DNA of 64,000 nucleotides from an uncultured Verrucomicrobiae bacterium (GTDB taxonomy: Bacteria > Verrucomicrobiota > Verrucomicrobiia > Chthoniobacterales > Chthoniobacteraceae): contig CAVYKI010000003.1 of assembly GCA_963769025.1 (NCBI GenBank), forward strand, positions 640,001 to 704,000, written 5' to 3'. The first letter of the stretch is position 1, and each line of letters begins with the position of its first letter. The translations under genes were made by a program, and so were the position numbers. Positions 39,279-50,100 of the stretch are shown piece by piece. The notes beneath the pieces are model-generated. The model was not told the DNA's origin and searched no databases. It saw only the letters and a program-made list of their open reading frames with translations.

Positions 39279-40934
39279 ATGACCGCCCTACCACTCCGCA
39301 GAATCCTGACGGCACTCTGCCTCCTCTCGTTCACGCTCGCCGCAGTCGCCGCGCCTCCGGCGAATGACACCCCTTCCCTGCTCTCGAACGGAACGTTTGA
39401 AACCGACAGCAAAGGCACCGGATGGCCCGACGGATGGTCGCGCCCCGCCGGCAGTTCGTGGGAAAAGGAAGGCGACACGCGTTTCCTGCGGCTCCAACTG
39501 TCGAAGCCCGGCGACACGGTGCTCGTGTATCGCCTCGTGAATCTTCCGTCCCCGCCGCCGCCGGCATTGGAATTCCGCCTGCGCGTGCGCTACTCCGACA
39601 TCAAGCGCGGAAAGAACGCGTGGTTCGACGGCAGGATCATGGGGCATTTCAAAAATGCGGAGGGCAAGGTGGTGAAACCGGATCCTTCGACGCCATCGTT
39701 CACCGGCACCTCGAAGGGCTGGGTGGACAAGAGCTACATCGTGAAAGTCCCCGCGAGCGCACGTTCGCTGGAGCTGATGCCCTGCCTTTTTCAGGCCGCC
39801 TCGGGCACGCTGGACTTCGCGCGGATCGAGGTTTTTCCCGCGACTGCGGATCAGTTGCCCAAGCCCGAGCCCGTCATTCCCTCCGTGGCAATGACTCCTG
39901 CGAATCCCGCGTCGCTCCCCCCCGAACTGCACGTCTCCGGCGCGCAGATCCTGGCCAAGGACGGCAAGCCCGTGTGGCTCCAAGGCCTCTGCATCGACAG
40001 CCTCGAATGGTCCGCCGGTGGGGAAAAAATCCTGGTCACCGTCCCGGTGGCGATCGACCAGTGGAAGTCGAATGTGATCCGGCTTCCCGTGCGCGAACAC
40101 TTTTGGTTTGGGCGTGGCCCTTGGCAGAAGAAAGGCGAGGGCGGAATGGCTTACCGGAAGCTCGTCGATGCCGCCATCGAAGCTGCGGCCGCACGCGGTG
40201 CGTATGTGGCGCTGGACCTGCACCGCTTCGGCGCGCCGATGGCGAAGGACGTGGAGTTTTGGAAAGACGCCGCGCTTCGCTACAAGAACCACCCGGCGGT
40301 GCTGTTCGAATTGTTCAACGAGGCACACGGCATCTCGTGGAAAATCTGGCGCGACGGCGGTTCGCTCAAAGGCCCCGCCAACAAAAGCACCGACGTGAAC
40401 GCCGCGGAAAACACCGAAGAAACCGAAGGCGACGTCTCGACCGGGATGCAGGCATTGCTCGATGCCGTCCGCTCCACTGGCGCGCGCAACATCGTCATCG
40501 CCGGCGGACTGGACTGGGGCTACGACCTCTCCGGCGTGGTGAAGGACTACGCGCTCACCGAACGCGAAGGCGGAAACGGCATCGTGTATTCGTCGCACAT
40601 CTACCCGTGGAAAAAAGACTGGCAGGGAAAGACGCTGGATGCCGCCGCGAAGTATCCCGTCTTCATCGGCGAAGTAGGCACGCCGCCGGACTGGAAGAGC
40701 TTCCAATTCATCCCCGAAAGCGGACGGACCGAAGACCTCAGCAAGCCCGATTGGGCAATGGACATGATCGGGCTGATTCAAAAGCACAAACTCCACTGGA
40801 CCGCGTTCAGCTTCCACCCGAAGACCGGCCCGATGGTCATCCAGGATTGGGATTACACGCCGACCCCGTACTGGGGCGCGTTCGTCAAGGAAGCGCTCGC
40901 CGGCAAGGTGTATGAAATGAAGCGGATGCGCTAG
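39279..40934 (+). CDS. Secreted GH5 (cellulase family) glycoside hydrolase with an N-terminal CBM-like jelly-roll domain
   Basis: Signal peptide, LLSNGTFE..PDGW domain start, NVIRLP, LDLH, acid/base FELFNEA, SSHIYP, nucleophile FIGEVG. Confidence 0.9.
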   Translation: MTALPLRRILTALCLLSFTLAAVAAPPANDTPSLLSNGTFETDSKGTGWPDGWSRPAGSSWEKEGDTRFLRLQLSKPGDTVLVYRLVNLPSPPPPALEFRLRVRYSDIKRGKNAWFDGRIMGHFKNAEGKVVKPDPSTPSFTGTSKGWVDKSYIVKVPASARSLELMPCLFQAASGTLDFARIEVFPATADQLPKPEPVIPSVAMTPANPASLPPELHVSGAQILAKDGKPVWLQGLCIDSLEWSAGGEKILVTVPVAIDQWKSNVIRLPVREHFWFGRGPWQKKGEGGMAYRKLVDAAIEAAAARGAYVALDLHRFGAPMAKDVEFWKDAALRYKNHPAVLFELFNEAHGISWKIWRDGGSLKGPANKSTDVNAAENTEETEGDVSTGMQALLDAVRSTGARNIVIAGGLDWGYDLSGVVKDYALTEREGGNGIVYSSHIYPWKKDWQGKTLDAAAKYPVFIGEVGTPPDWKSFQFIPESGRTEDLSKPDWAMDMIGLIQKHKLHWTAFSFHPKTGPMVIQDWDYTPTPYWGAFVKEALAGKVYEMKRMR

Positions 40935-40969
40935 GAACCTTCCGACACGGCGCGAAATCTCCCACCGAC

Positions 40970-41941
40970 ATGCCGAGCACCGCCACGCATCGCCCACGCA
41001 TCGTCGTCCTCGACGGACACACCTTGAATCCCGGCGACCTCGATTGGCGCGGGGTCGGGGCGCTCGGCGAACTCACGGTCCACGAGCGCACGGACGACGA
41101 TGACATCGTCGCGCGCGCGACCGGTGCCGACATCATCTTCACGAACAAGACGCCCGTGACGGCCGCGACCATCGCCGCGCTCCCCGGGCTCCGCTTCATC
41201 GGCGTGCTCGCCACCGGCTACAATGTCGTGGATACCGCCGCGGCGAAGGCGCGCGGCGTTCCCGTCTGCAATGTCCCCGGCTACGGCACGGCTTCCGTCG
41301 CGCAGCACGTCTTCGCATTGCTCCTGGAACTCACGCAGCAAACCGGCCACCACGCGAAGACCGTGCGCGAGGGCCGCTGGAGCGAGTGCGCGGATTTCTG
41401 CTACTGGGATTTTCCGCTCGTCGAACTCGCCGGCCGCACGCTCGGAATCGTCGGCTACGGCCATATCGGCGGGGCGGTCGCGCGCATCGGCGTCGCGTTT
41501 GGCATGAAGGTCATCGCGAGCACGCGCAGCCCTCGCAGCGAGGAAGGTGTGGAGTTTGTTTCCACGGACGACGTCTTCCGGCGCGCCGATGTCGTCACGC
41601 TGCACTGCCCGCTCACCGACGCGACTCGTGGCCTCGTGAATGCCGCGCGCCTTGCGACGATGAAGCCCGCCGCATTCCTCATTAACACCGGCCGCGGCCC
41701 GCTCGTCGTCGAGCAGGAACTCGCCGACGCGCTCACCGCCGGACGCATCGCCGGCGCGGGCCTCGACGTGCTCTCCGTCGAGCCGCCCCAGCGCGACAAC
41801 CCGCTCTTCGGCGCGAAGCACTGCATCATCACCCCTCACATCGCCTGGGCCACGCACGCCTCGCGCTCGCGGCTCATGGACGTGGCGGTTGCAAATCTCC
41901 GCGCCTTCCTCGAGGGCAAGCCGCAGAACGTCGTGAACTGA
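40970..41941 (+). CDS. D-2-hydroxyacid dehydrogenase (glycerate dehydrogenase/HprA-like)
   Basis: LDGHTLNPGDLDW, ATGYNVVD, GYGHIG, LHCPLT, INTGRG, TPHIAWA. Confidence 0.92.
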   Translation: MPSTATHRPRIVVLDGHTLNPGDLDWRGVGALGELTVHERTDDDDIVARATGADIIFTNKTPVTAATIAALPGLRFIGVLATGYNVVDTAAAKARGVPVCNVPGYGTASVAQHVFALLLELTQQTGHHAKTVREGRWSECADFCYWDFPLVELAGRTLGIVGYGHIGGAVARIGVAFGMKVIASTRSPRSEEGVEFVSTDDVFRRADVVTLHCPLTDATRGLVNAARLATMKPAAFLINTGRGPLVVEQELADALTAGRIAGAGLDVLSVEPPQRDNPLFGAKHCIITPHIAWATHASRSRLMDVAVANLRAFLEGKPQNVVN

Positions 41942-42077
41942 GCGATGACGCGGAATGTCCTCATCACCTCGTCACCCTTCGCCGACCCCGGCGCGCGCGT
42001 AAGCGAGGCCGCAGCCCTCAGTGGGTGCTGAATCCCGAGGTCTTCGATTCACCCGCGCTGCGCATGTCCTTTTCCAA

Positions 42078-42872
42078 ATGAAGACCAATCCCGTCCGTTC
42101 AAAACTCAAGCGCGGCGAGCCGAGCACCGGCACATGGCTCAACCTCGGCGATTCCACCGCCGCGCAGCTCATGGCGCGCACCGGCTTCGACTGGCTCACC
42201 GTCGAGATGGAGCACTCGCACGTCAGCTACGAGCACGCCGCACGGAGTTTTGCCATCATCGCGGCTTCGGGCTGCGTGCCGCTAGTTCGCGTGCCAGTCA
42301 ACACGACGGAAAGCATCAAGCGCGTCCTCGATACCGGCGCGTGGGGCATCATCGTGCCGCTGGTGAATTCACGCGCCGAGTGCGAAGCCGTCGTGCGCGC
42401 GGCGCGCTACCGGCCGGTCGGGCAGCGCACGATCGGCGGGCAGCTCGGCCCGGCTAATTTCGCCACCGACTCCGCGACGTACTTCGCGCGCGCCAACGAC
42501 GAAATCCTCGTCGTGGTGATGGCCGAGACCGCGGACGCCGTCGCGAACATCGACGACATCCTCAGCGTGCCCGGCATCGACGCCGTATTCGTCGGCCCGA
42601 ACGATCTCCACGCCTCGCTCGGTGCCGCGCCCGCATTCGACAGCGACCTCCCCGCGTTCAACGACGCGCTCGCCCGCATCCTCGCGAGTGCAAAAAAGCA
42701 CGGCGTCGCGCCCGGCATCCACGTCCCTGACGCCGCGCAGGCCCGCCGACGAATCGCGGAAGGCTGGCAGTTTATCGCCATCGCGAGCGAAGTCGGCATG
42801 ATGCTCACCCACGCCGCGCAGCTCGTGAAAGACCTCGGCCTCGGCACAGCGGCGGCAGCCGTAAAATATTAG
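42078..42872 (+). CDS. HpcH/HpaI class II aldolase
   Basis: GFDWL.VEMEH, RVP, LDTGA.GIIVP, ET, GIDAVFVGPNDL. Confidence 0.92.
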   Translation: MKTNPVRSKLKRGEPSTGTWLNLGDSTAAQLMARTGFDWLTVEMEHSHVSYEHAARSFAIIAASGCVPLVRVPVNTTESIKRVLDTGAWGIIVPLVNSRAECEAVVRAARYRPVGQRTIGGQLGPANFATDSATYFARANDEILVVVMAETADAVANIDDILSVPGIDAVFVGPNDLHASLGAAPAFDSDLPAFNDALARILASAKKHGVAPGIHVPDAAQARRRIAEGWQFIAIASEVGMMLTHAAQLVKDLGLGTAAAAVKY

Positions 42873-43061
42873 CGGTCGGCCCTGAATGCGCAAAGTCTCC
42901 GCTGTCAGGCACCCGGCCGCAATCCACTGCTCGTTTTCGATGGAAAGCGCCCCAACGTCCGGAATTCCCGCTGCCGCTGCGGACAGGGTCACTCACCGCG
43001 CCTCGCCATAAAGCAGCAAGCACAGTTGTCGCACGAGATCGGGGCGTGGACACCGCCGGTC

Positions 43062-44483
43062 TCAGCCTGCACTGGGTGGATCCTGGATGAGTTGCAATCT
43101 CCCGCCGTGCAGCGCGACTTTCCCATGCGTCCTCCATTTGATTACCAGATATGCGACCACGAACGGAAACACGAGAAACACGTGGAAGATGTATCTGGAA
43201 TGCTGCGCAGCAACGAACAGAAACATCAGGAACGTATGGAGTGCCACAGGAACCCCGATCAACAACACCCTGAAATTACGAGTGATGTACGAAGCCGCGA
43301 CGATGGAAAGCAACGAAATCCAAAGGTAAAGGGCTGGTCGATAAAATATGGATTTCAGGATTGGCTTTGACGTATTTTTGACCAACCACCTCAGAAAGCT
43401 TTCGCACCCCGGCGCGAGATGCGCCAACTCGATGCCCATTTCATTGCGATCGATTGCTTCCGGCACTTCATTTACATGTACCCCATATGTCCATGCACCG
43501 CGTGGCTCAAAAGGCTGCCAGATGATCGATGCCATTTTTGGACGGTATCTGGCCAAGAGCGGCCAGTTTTTAAGCCAAACCCTTTTCCAGACCTCGCTGA
43601 TCTCTTTCTCCCGCGTGAAAATTCGCGCCATTCCCGGCGTGTAGATGATGGTGTCAGGAGTATAAATATTGAACCACCCCCTCCATTCCTCCAACGGCAT
43701 TATTTCCCTGATGAATTCCTTCTCCGCCTCGGATAACTGGCCGTTCTTGTAGTATATCACCGACAGGTCGATGCATTTGAGTTGCACCCGGTTGTATTGC
43801 TTGTTTCGTACGACCTTAAACGCGTCGTACACCGGCCATTGGACGAAGACTACAATTAGCGAGCCGATCACCGCCGCAACCAATACCGATCTCCAGAAGC
43901 GAACATAGCACACCAGCACGGCCATCAGCAGTCCCAAGGCCGGGAAGATTCCTTCATGCCGGCACAGGCTGAGCAGTGCACTTCCAAGAGCCAAAATCAA
44001 GATGCTGCGCTTTTTTTCCAGCCATGCTCCGCCTGATTCGACAATCCGGATGCAGCATCCGCTCAAAAGGAGAATCAAAACTCCGAAAGGGATGTCCTTC
44101 TCGAGCGTCACGAGATTCGCTCCGACCATCGGAGAAAGGGCGAGAACAGCCGAGATGGCACCGAGCAGCCACCGGGGCGCCTTCAAACCCTCAAAGGTCG
44201 AGAAAAGGAAGTGAAGCACGCCACCGAAGAAGATAATCTGTGCAAGACCGACCACGCCGGGAGTATTCCAAAGGCGCGCCAGGAGAGAATAAATGATGGG
44301 GACAAATCCGGTGTGCAGTTCATCAATATTTCCGTAAACCGCACCACCCCACATATATAGCGAGTCGGCATTCATCATGCCCGGGAAAAAAGCCATCCAC
44401 CAAACCAGGCAGGATAGCACAGGGACTATGGAATAAACCCATGCCAGGGTTTTCGGTCGGCTTTTTAACTGTATTTCGTCCAT
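43062..44483 (-). CDS. Multi-pass membrane protein, DUF6020 / GT-C-like
   Basis: FPGMMNADS after TM1, KD.PF and RH.G motifs, many TM helices and a large soluble loop. Visibly lower GC than the flanks. Confidence 0.6.
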   Translation of the reverse strand: MDEIQLKSRPKTLAWVYSIVPVLSCLVWWMAFFPGMMNADSLYMWGGAVYGNIDELHTGFVPIIYSLLARLWNTPGVVGLAQIIFFGGVLHFLFSTFEGLKAPRWLLGAISAVLALSPMVGANLVTLEKDIPFGVLILLLSGCCIRIVESGGAWLEKKRSILILALGSALLSLCRHEGIFPALGLLMAVLVCYVRFWRSVLVAAVIGSLIVVFVQWPVYDAFKVVRNKQYNRVQLKCIDLSVIYYKNGQLSEAEKEFIREIMPLEEWRGWFNIYTPDTIIYTPGMARIFTREKEISEVWKRVWLKNWPLLARYRPKMASIIWQPFEPRGAWTYGVHVNEVPEAIDRNEMGIELAHLAPGCESFLRWLVKNTSKPILKSIFYRPALYLWISLLSIVAASYITRNFRVLLIGVPVALHTFLMFLFVAAQHSRYIFHVFLVFPFVVAYLVIKWRTHGKVALHGGRLQLIQDPPSAG

Positions 44484-44632
44484 CTGCAATGGGCCACGAT
44501 CGATACCAATCAAATTATCGCTGGCTGATGTCGGATTTCGGAATTGATGTCAATCCGGGCTTCGCGGGGGAGGACTCCAAAAATCGAATTGGCCCGGCTA
44601 TCGGGGGCGAGTCCTTGGGCGACCGGCGGGGC

Positions 44633-46957
44633 TCACTTCGGCTTCGCAACGAGCATCACCGGGCGGAGCAGCCCGCCAAGCGATAGGTCCGTAATCTGTG
44701 AATGATCGACGCGCACGGCGATGGTGTTTTCACCGGGCTTCATGGCGGCCGTCACGTCGAGTTCAAAGGGCGATCGAGGTTTGGCCATTCCCTCGCGTGG
44801 CGGCTTCACGCCGGGCGCGACCGCTTTTTGCGCGTTCTGATACTGAGCAGGCACGGCGATTTTCTCGCCATTCACATAGACCTCGGACTTTCCGTCCACT
44901 TCGGTGAAAAGGAGCGCGAGGTTTTCGTGTTCCTGCGGCGCGACGAGCTTCGTGCGATACCATAGGACAGTGTTCTTGTCGTATCCTTGCGCATCGAGCG
45001 TGGTGCTGAAGGTCGCGACGAGCGGCCATGCGTCGTCCTTGAATTCGGCCCGGTGGAAGCCCTGCTCGTTGCCATCGTCCGCCTCGTCGAAGCTGAAGCG
45101 CCAGCGGTCGGGCATGACTTGCAGCACACGGTTCGGCGCGGCGGTCAGCGCCGCACCCTGGAGCACCTGCGCGCTGAGGAAGCGCTTCAGGTACGACGTC
45201 GCGTATTCGCGATTCGCAGTGCCATTCGCGATGAGCGACTGCAGGCGTTCGACGGTCGCCTCGTATTCGCGCTTTGCGGCGGCAAAATCACCGCGATTCA
45301 TCGCATCGGAGATCGTGCGATAGGCGCGCGCGCTGCGAAGGCCCTCGGCGTGCAAGGCGACGCGCTGCTCGTATGCGGCGTCGCCTTTTGCTGCCGCCGC
45401 CGCTTTTGCGAACAGGCCCTCGCAGTGCGCCAGAAACTCCGGCGTGTAGATTTGCCCGAGGCCAAAAAAACTGCCGGCGTGCGATTGGAGCTGCTGTTGC
45501 GCCGCGTCGAGCCCCATCCAGTACGCCTTCATGTGCGGCGCGGCCTTGGGGCCGTAAAATTTCACCCAGTAATCCTCCATGATCGCCGCCGCGTCGGCCC
45601 GTGGATCGTACGCGAGGCGCAGGCTGAGATAGATCTGCGGGCCGTAGATGTGCCAGTTCGAGAGCACCTCGATCGTCATGTAGGACAGGCCCTTGTCGGC
45701 GAGGTACGGGAACTCCTTCCGGCACGCGCTGAACTTGAACATGGGCAGCGTGCCGTCCGCGAGGTTGTACATGTAGTTGTAGTAGCCGAGCCGGCTGGCC
45801 ACCGCGGCCCATCCTTGCGTCATCTGCACCTGCTGCTCGCGCGAGGTGCAGCCGGGATGACCGATGGGATGCAGGCGGCAATAGCGGATCGGCGCGATCA
45901 TCGCGCACATGTTTGGCCCGAGCTGGCGCGGCACCGTCGGCGGCTGCGTGTAGTCGGCGTAGCAGTAGAAGCTCAGCACGGACGCGGGATGCTCCTTCGC
46001 CACGCGACGTCCGACCCAATCGAAAAAATCGAGGTAGCGGTTCGTGACAGCGACCCGTCCGCTCGACGGCTCGAACGCCTTCGGATCATCCTGCGCCATG
46101 CATGCCGGGCACTGGCAATAGCCTCGGCCATCCGTCGGCGAGAGCGAGGGGTGCCGCGTTCCTTTTTCAATGGCCGCGATGACACCCTGGGCGAAGTGCT
46201 CGCGCAGTCCTGGATTCGATGTGCAAAGCCATCCGCCTTGCTTGCGCTGCCCATCCGCTCCCATCGCGAAGAACTCGGGATGCCCGGCAAACAGCGATGG
46301 CGGGACGTAATTTCCCCACGAGTGCGAATGCCCGAACGGCTCGCCGCCCGCGCCGTTCCACGCCTTCCACAGGCGGGCATTCCAGCTCGGCCCCTTGGGA
46401 TTCCGCCACTGTAAGCCGGGCTTCGCGGTGATGTTCATCGCCTTGACGGAAAGCGTGGTCGAACGCGGGAAGACTTCGCCGAGCGGGCCGTCCATCAGAT
46501 AGCGGCACCCCAGTTCCTCCAAAAAGCGGCATACTGCCGTCAACGTCGCTGCGTCATTCTGCCCGCCGACCAGCACACGCCTTTCATCCGCCAAGATGCG
46601 CAACCCTTCGTGGCTCGCGCTCTCGATGTCGTCGAGCTTCAGCCCGGCCGCCACCGCGGCCCTGCCGACAAATATCGCCGGCGAATCTTCGGGTGCCTTG
46701 TCGGCGACTGGCAGCTCCACGTCGGTGATCTTTTTCACCCACTCGACCAGCGTCCGCACCGCGAGCGCCTCGTCGGTTTCGGCACCTTGCCTTTTCCGCG
46801 CTCCTTTGCCCTTTGCCGGCGGTGCTTCAGCCGCAGGTGGCGCCGCGATCACGATCGTGGCGAGAGGCTTCCCGTCGCGAACGAGATCCAGCGCGTGCGT
46901 CTGAACCAATGAAGCGACGAGGGCGCAAAGCGTGACGGCGAGCAGCGAACTTTTCAT
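44633..46957 (-). CDS. DUF4838-domain secreted protein with a C-terminal GH2-type sugar-binding domain
   Basis: Signal peptide, FLEELGCRYL, GHSHSW, HPEFFA, LCTSNP, CQCPAC, YADY..PP; C-terminal WYR..VDG...YVNG..GENTIAVRV..GGLLRPV. Confidence 0.82.
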   Translation of the reverse strand: MKSSLLAVTLCALVASLVQTHALDLVRDGKPLATIVIAAPPAAEAPPAKGKGARKRQGAETDEALAVRTLVEWVKKITDVELPVADKAPEDSPAIFVGRAAVAAGLKLDDIESASHEGLRILADERRVLVGGQNDAATLTAVCRFLEELGCRYLMDGPLGEVFPRSTTLSVKAMNITAKPGLQWRNPKGPSWNARLWKAWNGAGGEPFGHSHSWGNYVPPSLFAGHPEFFAMGADGQRKQGGWLCTSNPGLREHFAQGVIAAIEKGTRHPSLSPTDGRGYCQCPACMAQDDPKAFEPSSGRVAVTNRYLDFFDWVGRRVAKEHPASVLSFYCYADYTQPPTVPRQLGPNMCAMIAPIRYCRLHPIGHPGCTSREQQVQMTQGWAAVASRLGYYNYMYNLADGTLPMFKFSACRKEFPYLADKGLSYMTIEVLSNWHIYGPQIYLSLRLAYDPRADAAAIMEDYWVKFYGPKAAPHMKAYWMGLDAAQQQLQSHAGSFFGLGQIYTPEFLAHCEGLFAKAAAAAKGDAAYEQRVALHAEGLRSARAYRTISDAMNRGDFAAAKREYEATVERLQSLIANGTANREYATSYLKRFLSAQVLQGAALTAAPNRVLQVMPDRWRFSFDEADDGNEQGFHRAEFKDDAWPLVATFSTTLDAQGYDKNTVLWYRTKLVAPQEHENLALLFTEVDGKSEVYVNGEKIAVPAQYQNAQKAVAPGVKPPREGMAKPRSPFELDVTAAMKPGENTIAVRVDHSQITDLSLGGLLRPVMLVAKPK

Positions 46958-47163
46958 GGGCGAGGGGGGGACAATCGGACGGTTTCCCGATTGGCTCCCA
47001 AGCTGCCTCAGATCGTGGACCCGGATCAATCCCTCTCACCAGCGATAGCGCCGCATGCAGCAGCATCTCGGCGCGGGACGGAATGCAGTCATCCAACGCT
47101 TCCGTCGCGCCGTCACTACGTGACACTCGTCCCGTTGCCCGGTCACGGGATGGCCGTGGCTGA

Positions 47164-50100
47164 TTACACGCCTTCGCTGCGGGTGCGCCGAGTGCGCCGC
47201 CGCTCACGGTAGCCGATCAGCGCGCACAGGGCGATCGAGCCGATCAGGGCCGACGTGGCAGGTTCCGGCACCGGGACGATTTCGTACGAGCCGGCGTCGA
47301 ATTGCAGCGCGTTGTAGCCGCTGCCAAATCCGGCGAACGAGATGTCCATCTGGCCGAACGAGCTGGTGAACTCGCTGGTGAGACCGGCGAAGATGAGCCG
47401 GTCGTGAAGGCCGTCCACCCCTTCGCCGAATCCGCTCCCGTTCCAGTTGCCGCTCCAATTTTCGATCGTAAGCGTGGTGCCGCCGGTGTGCGTCCCCAAT
47501 CCCGCGAAGCTCAGGAGGCCCGCAGCCCCGGTTCCGAAATCGAGCGTGGAATTGAGGCTCAGCGTCAGCAACCCGAGGCCGACGGTCGGCGTCGCTCCGC
47601 CGGAGCCTTCGCTGGTGCCGGCGAGGCCGGTCTGCAGCTTGCCGCCATTGAGGATCACTTCGGCGACGTTGTTGATGACGTTGTTTCCGCTCAGGAGCAA
47701 TGTGCCACCGGTGTTCACCTGGATGCTTGCCGTCCCGCTGAGGCTCCCCTGGACATCCATGATGCCCGCGGCGATCACAGTCGCGCCCTTGTAGTCGCTT
47801 TGCGAAGTGACCACCATCGTCCCCGCGCCCGCCTTGGTCAGCGGTTCAAAGGGATTGGCAGCGGCGCCCGTGATCGGACTCGCGACCGTGAGCGTGGTTC
47901 CCGGGGCGGTCTCCACCGTGTTCGTCTGGGATGGCGAGAGATCCAGCGTGATGCCGCGCGTGGGCGCGATGGCCATGTCTGCCGTGGTCTGCAGCGTGCC
48001 GCCGATGAAGCGCAGCGAATCGGGACGCGGGTCGATGTGGACACGTCCGAGGCTGGTGTCCGCGGCCACGGAAAGTCTGCCCTCTTCGAGGATGGTGCCG
48101 CCCTGGTATTCGTTCACGCCGTTGAGCGTGAGCGTGTCGGCGCCCTTCTTGTAGAGGGTCACCGAGCCGTTGATCTGGCCGTCGTAGCTGCTGGGCGTGG
48201 CGGTGTTCACCGTCAGCGTCTTGACGCCAAAACCGCTGTTATTGATCGAGCCGCCGGGACCGGTGAGGCTGGCGATCTCCTGGTTGTAGCCGTTCAGATC
48301 GAGGATGCCGGACGAACCTGCACCGCGCGTATTCACGCCGGTGGTCACGGCCAGCGCGTTGTCGCGACCGATCTGGATGATGCCCGCATCCACGATGAGG
48401 TTGTTGAACGTGTTGCTGCCCGCGAGCTTGATCACGTCCTGGCCGGTCTTCGTCAGGTCAAAGTTGCCGGTGATGTTGCCATCGATCACGAGGTACGAGC
48501 CGCGCAGGCCGACGTTGCTCGGGTCGAGGTTCGTCGTCGTGTTCAGCTTGCCCATGTCGTAGAAGATGCTGTTCGCGCCGTTCGAGACGCCGGCGGGATA
48601 GATCTGGCCGAGGAAGGAATTGGCGGTCAGGTTGATCGTCACGCCTTCGCGGATCGTCTGGATGATCGCGAACTCATCGTAGTCGAGCGGCTGGTAGCCC
48701 ATGATGGAGCCGCCGGAGAGATTGATGGTGCGTGAAGACGGAGTCGTCACATCGGTGAAGATCTGCAAATGCACCCCGTCCGGCAGCGTGTAGGTGCCGG
48801 TGGAGCCGCGAGCGTCGCTCACCGCCCAGCGCTCGATGGAGCCGGCTTCCTGCTGCAAGGTCGCGGTCGGGACGAAGTTCGACACGGCGATTTCCATCGC
48901 GGCCGTCGAGCGCAGGTTCGCGGTGATGAAGCTGTTTCCGAACGCGCCATTGTGCGTCACGCGCACCGTGCCGTCGCCGACGCTGAAGGTGTGCGGGTTC
49001 AAGGCGGTGCCCGTAAAGGAGGCGCTGTTGTCGCCGAGGGTCAGGACGCCGTCGCCGCTCATGCGCACGTCGTAGAGGCCCTGGTTGTTCAGGCCGCCGA
49101 CGCCGCTGCCGGCACCGAGCTGCACGCCGCTGGTGGAGCCGGGGCCGAAGCTGGTGGCATCCACGCTGATCATGTAGTTGTCGTACAGTGTCACCGTCCC
49201 GGTGCGGATCGTGTGGCGCGAGCCGTCCGACTGGAAGAAGACGATGCCTTCATGTCCGCCGCCGGTGGTCTTCAGGTCGATGGCGGGAATCTGATCGAGC
49301 CGGTCGTTCGCGGCGACGGACCGGATCTGTCCCATGTCGTTGACGGTGATTTTGCCGCCGCTCCACGTGAAGAGGTCGGGCGTGCCGCTGTTGAACTGGT
49401 AGCGCACCTCCGCGAGCTGAACGTGTTGTCGTTGTCGGTCATGTGCGCGCCGTTGAGGATGACCTCGCCGGTGCTCGCCGCGCCGGGTGTCTGGAAGCGC
49501 AGGAGGCCGCCATTGACCACCCAGTTGCCGGTGAACTGCGGCTGGTCGGTGTCGATGCTCAGCGTGTTCGTCCCCGACTTGGTGACCTGGCTGGCGTAGA
49601 TCTTGCCGTTGATGGCCAGCGTGCCGGTCGTGACCCAGATGAGCGCCTCGCCCGTGCCGTCTCCGGCGGCTCCGAAGTAGAGATCGGGATTCAGCGTGGC
49701 CGTGAGATTGCTGCCGACCATGAGGCCGCCGCTGCGGATGGTGATCCTCCTGAACACGTTGTTCGTGCTGTTGTTGATATTCCGATCCGTGCGCAGCGCC
49801 CAGACGTCGAGATTGATGCCCAGCGTCGCGGTGGCGGATTGGAGGTTGAGGATCTCGGTGCCGTCGTTGAGCGAAAGCGTGCTGCCGGTGAGGGTGCCGC
49901 CCGACGAGGTCTTGTAGTTCGCCGGCACCGCAGAGGTCGAAGTGTCGGTGAGGATCTGGAAGCCGTACGTCGCGTCGTACTTCAGGAACTGGTTGTCATT
50001 CCGGCTCACGATCCACGGATCGACCATGTTGTTGTTCACCGGGACCTGGCCTGCGGTGGCTCCGACGCCGGAAGTCACGATGAAGTGATCCGTGTTGACC

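Noticed and set aside
36956..39367. 803-aa response-regulator fusion given in the ORF track
   Set aside because: Read-through artefact of the frameshift at ~37615. The real C-terminus is in ORF 37686..38315.
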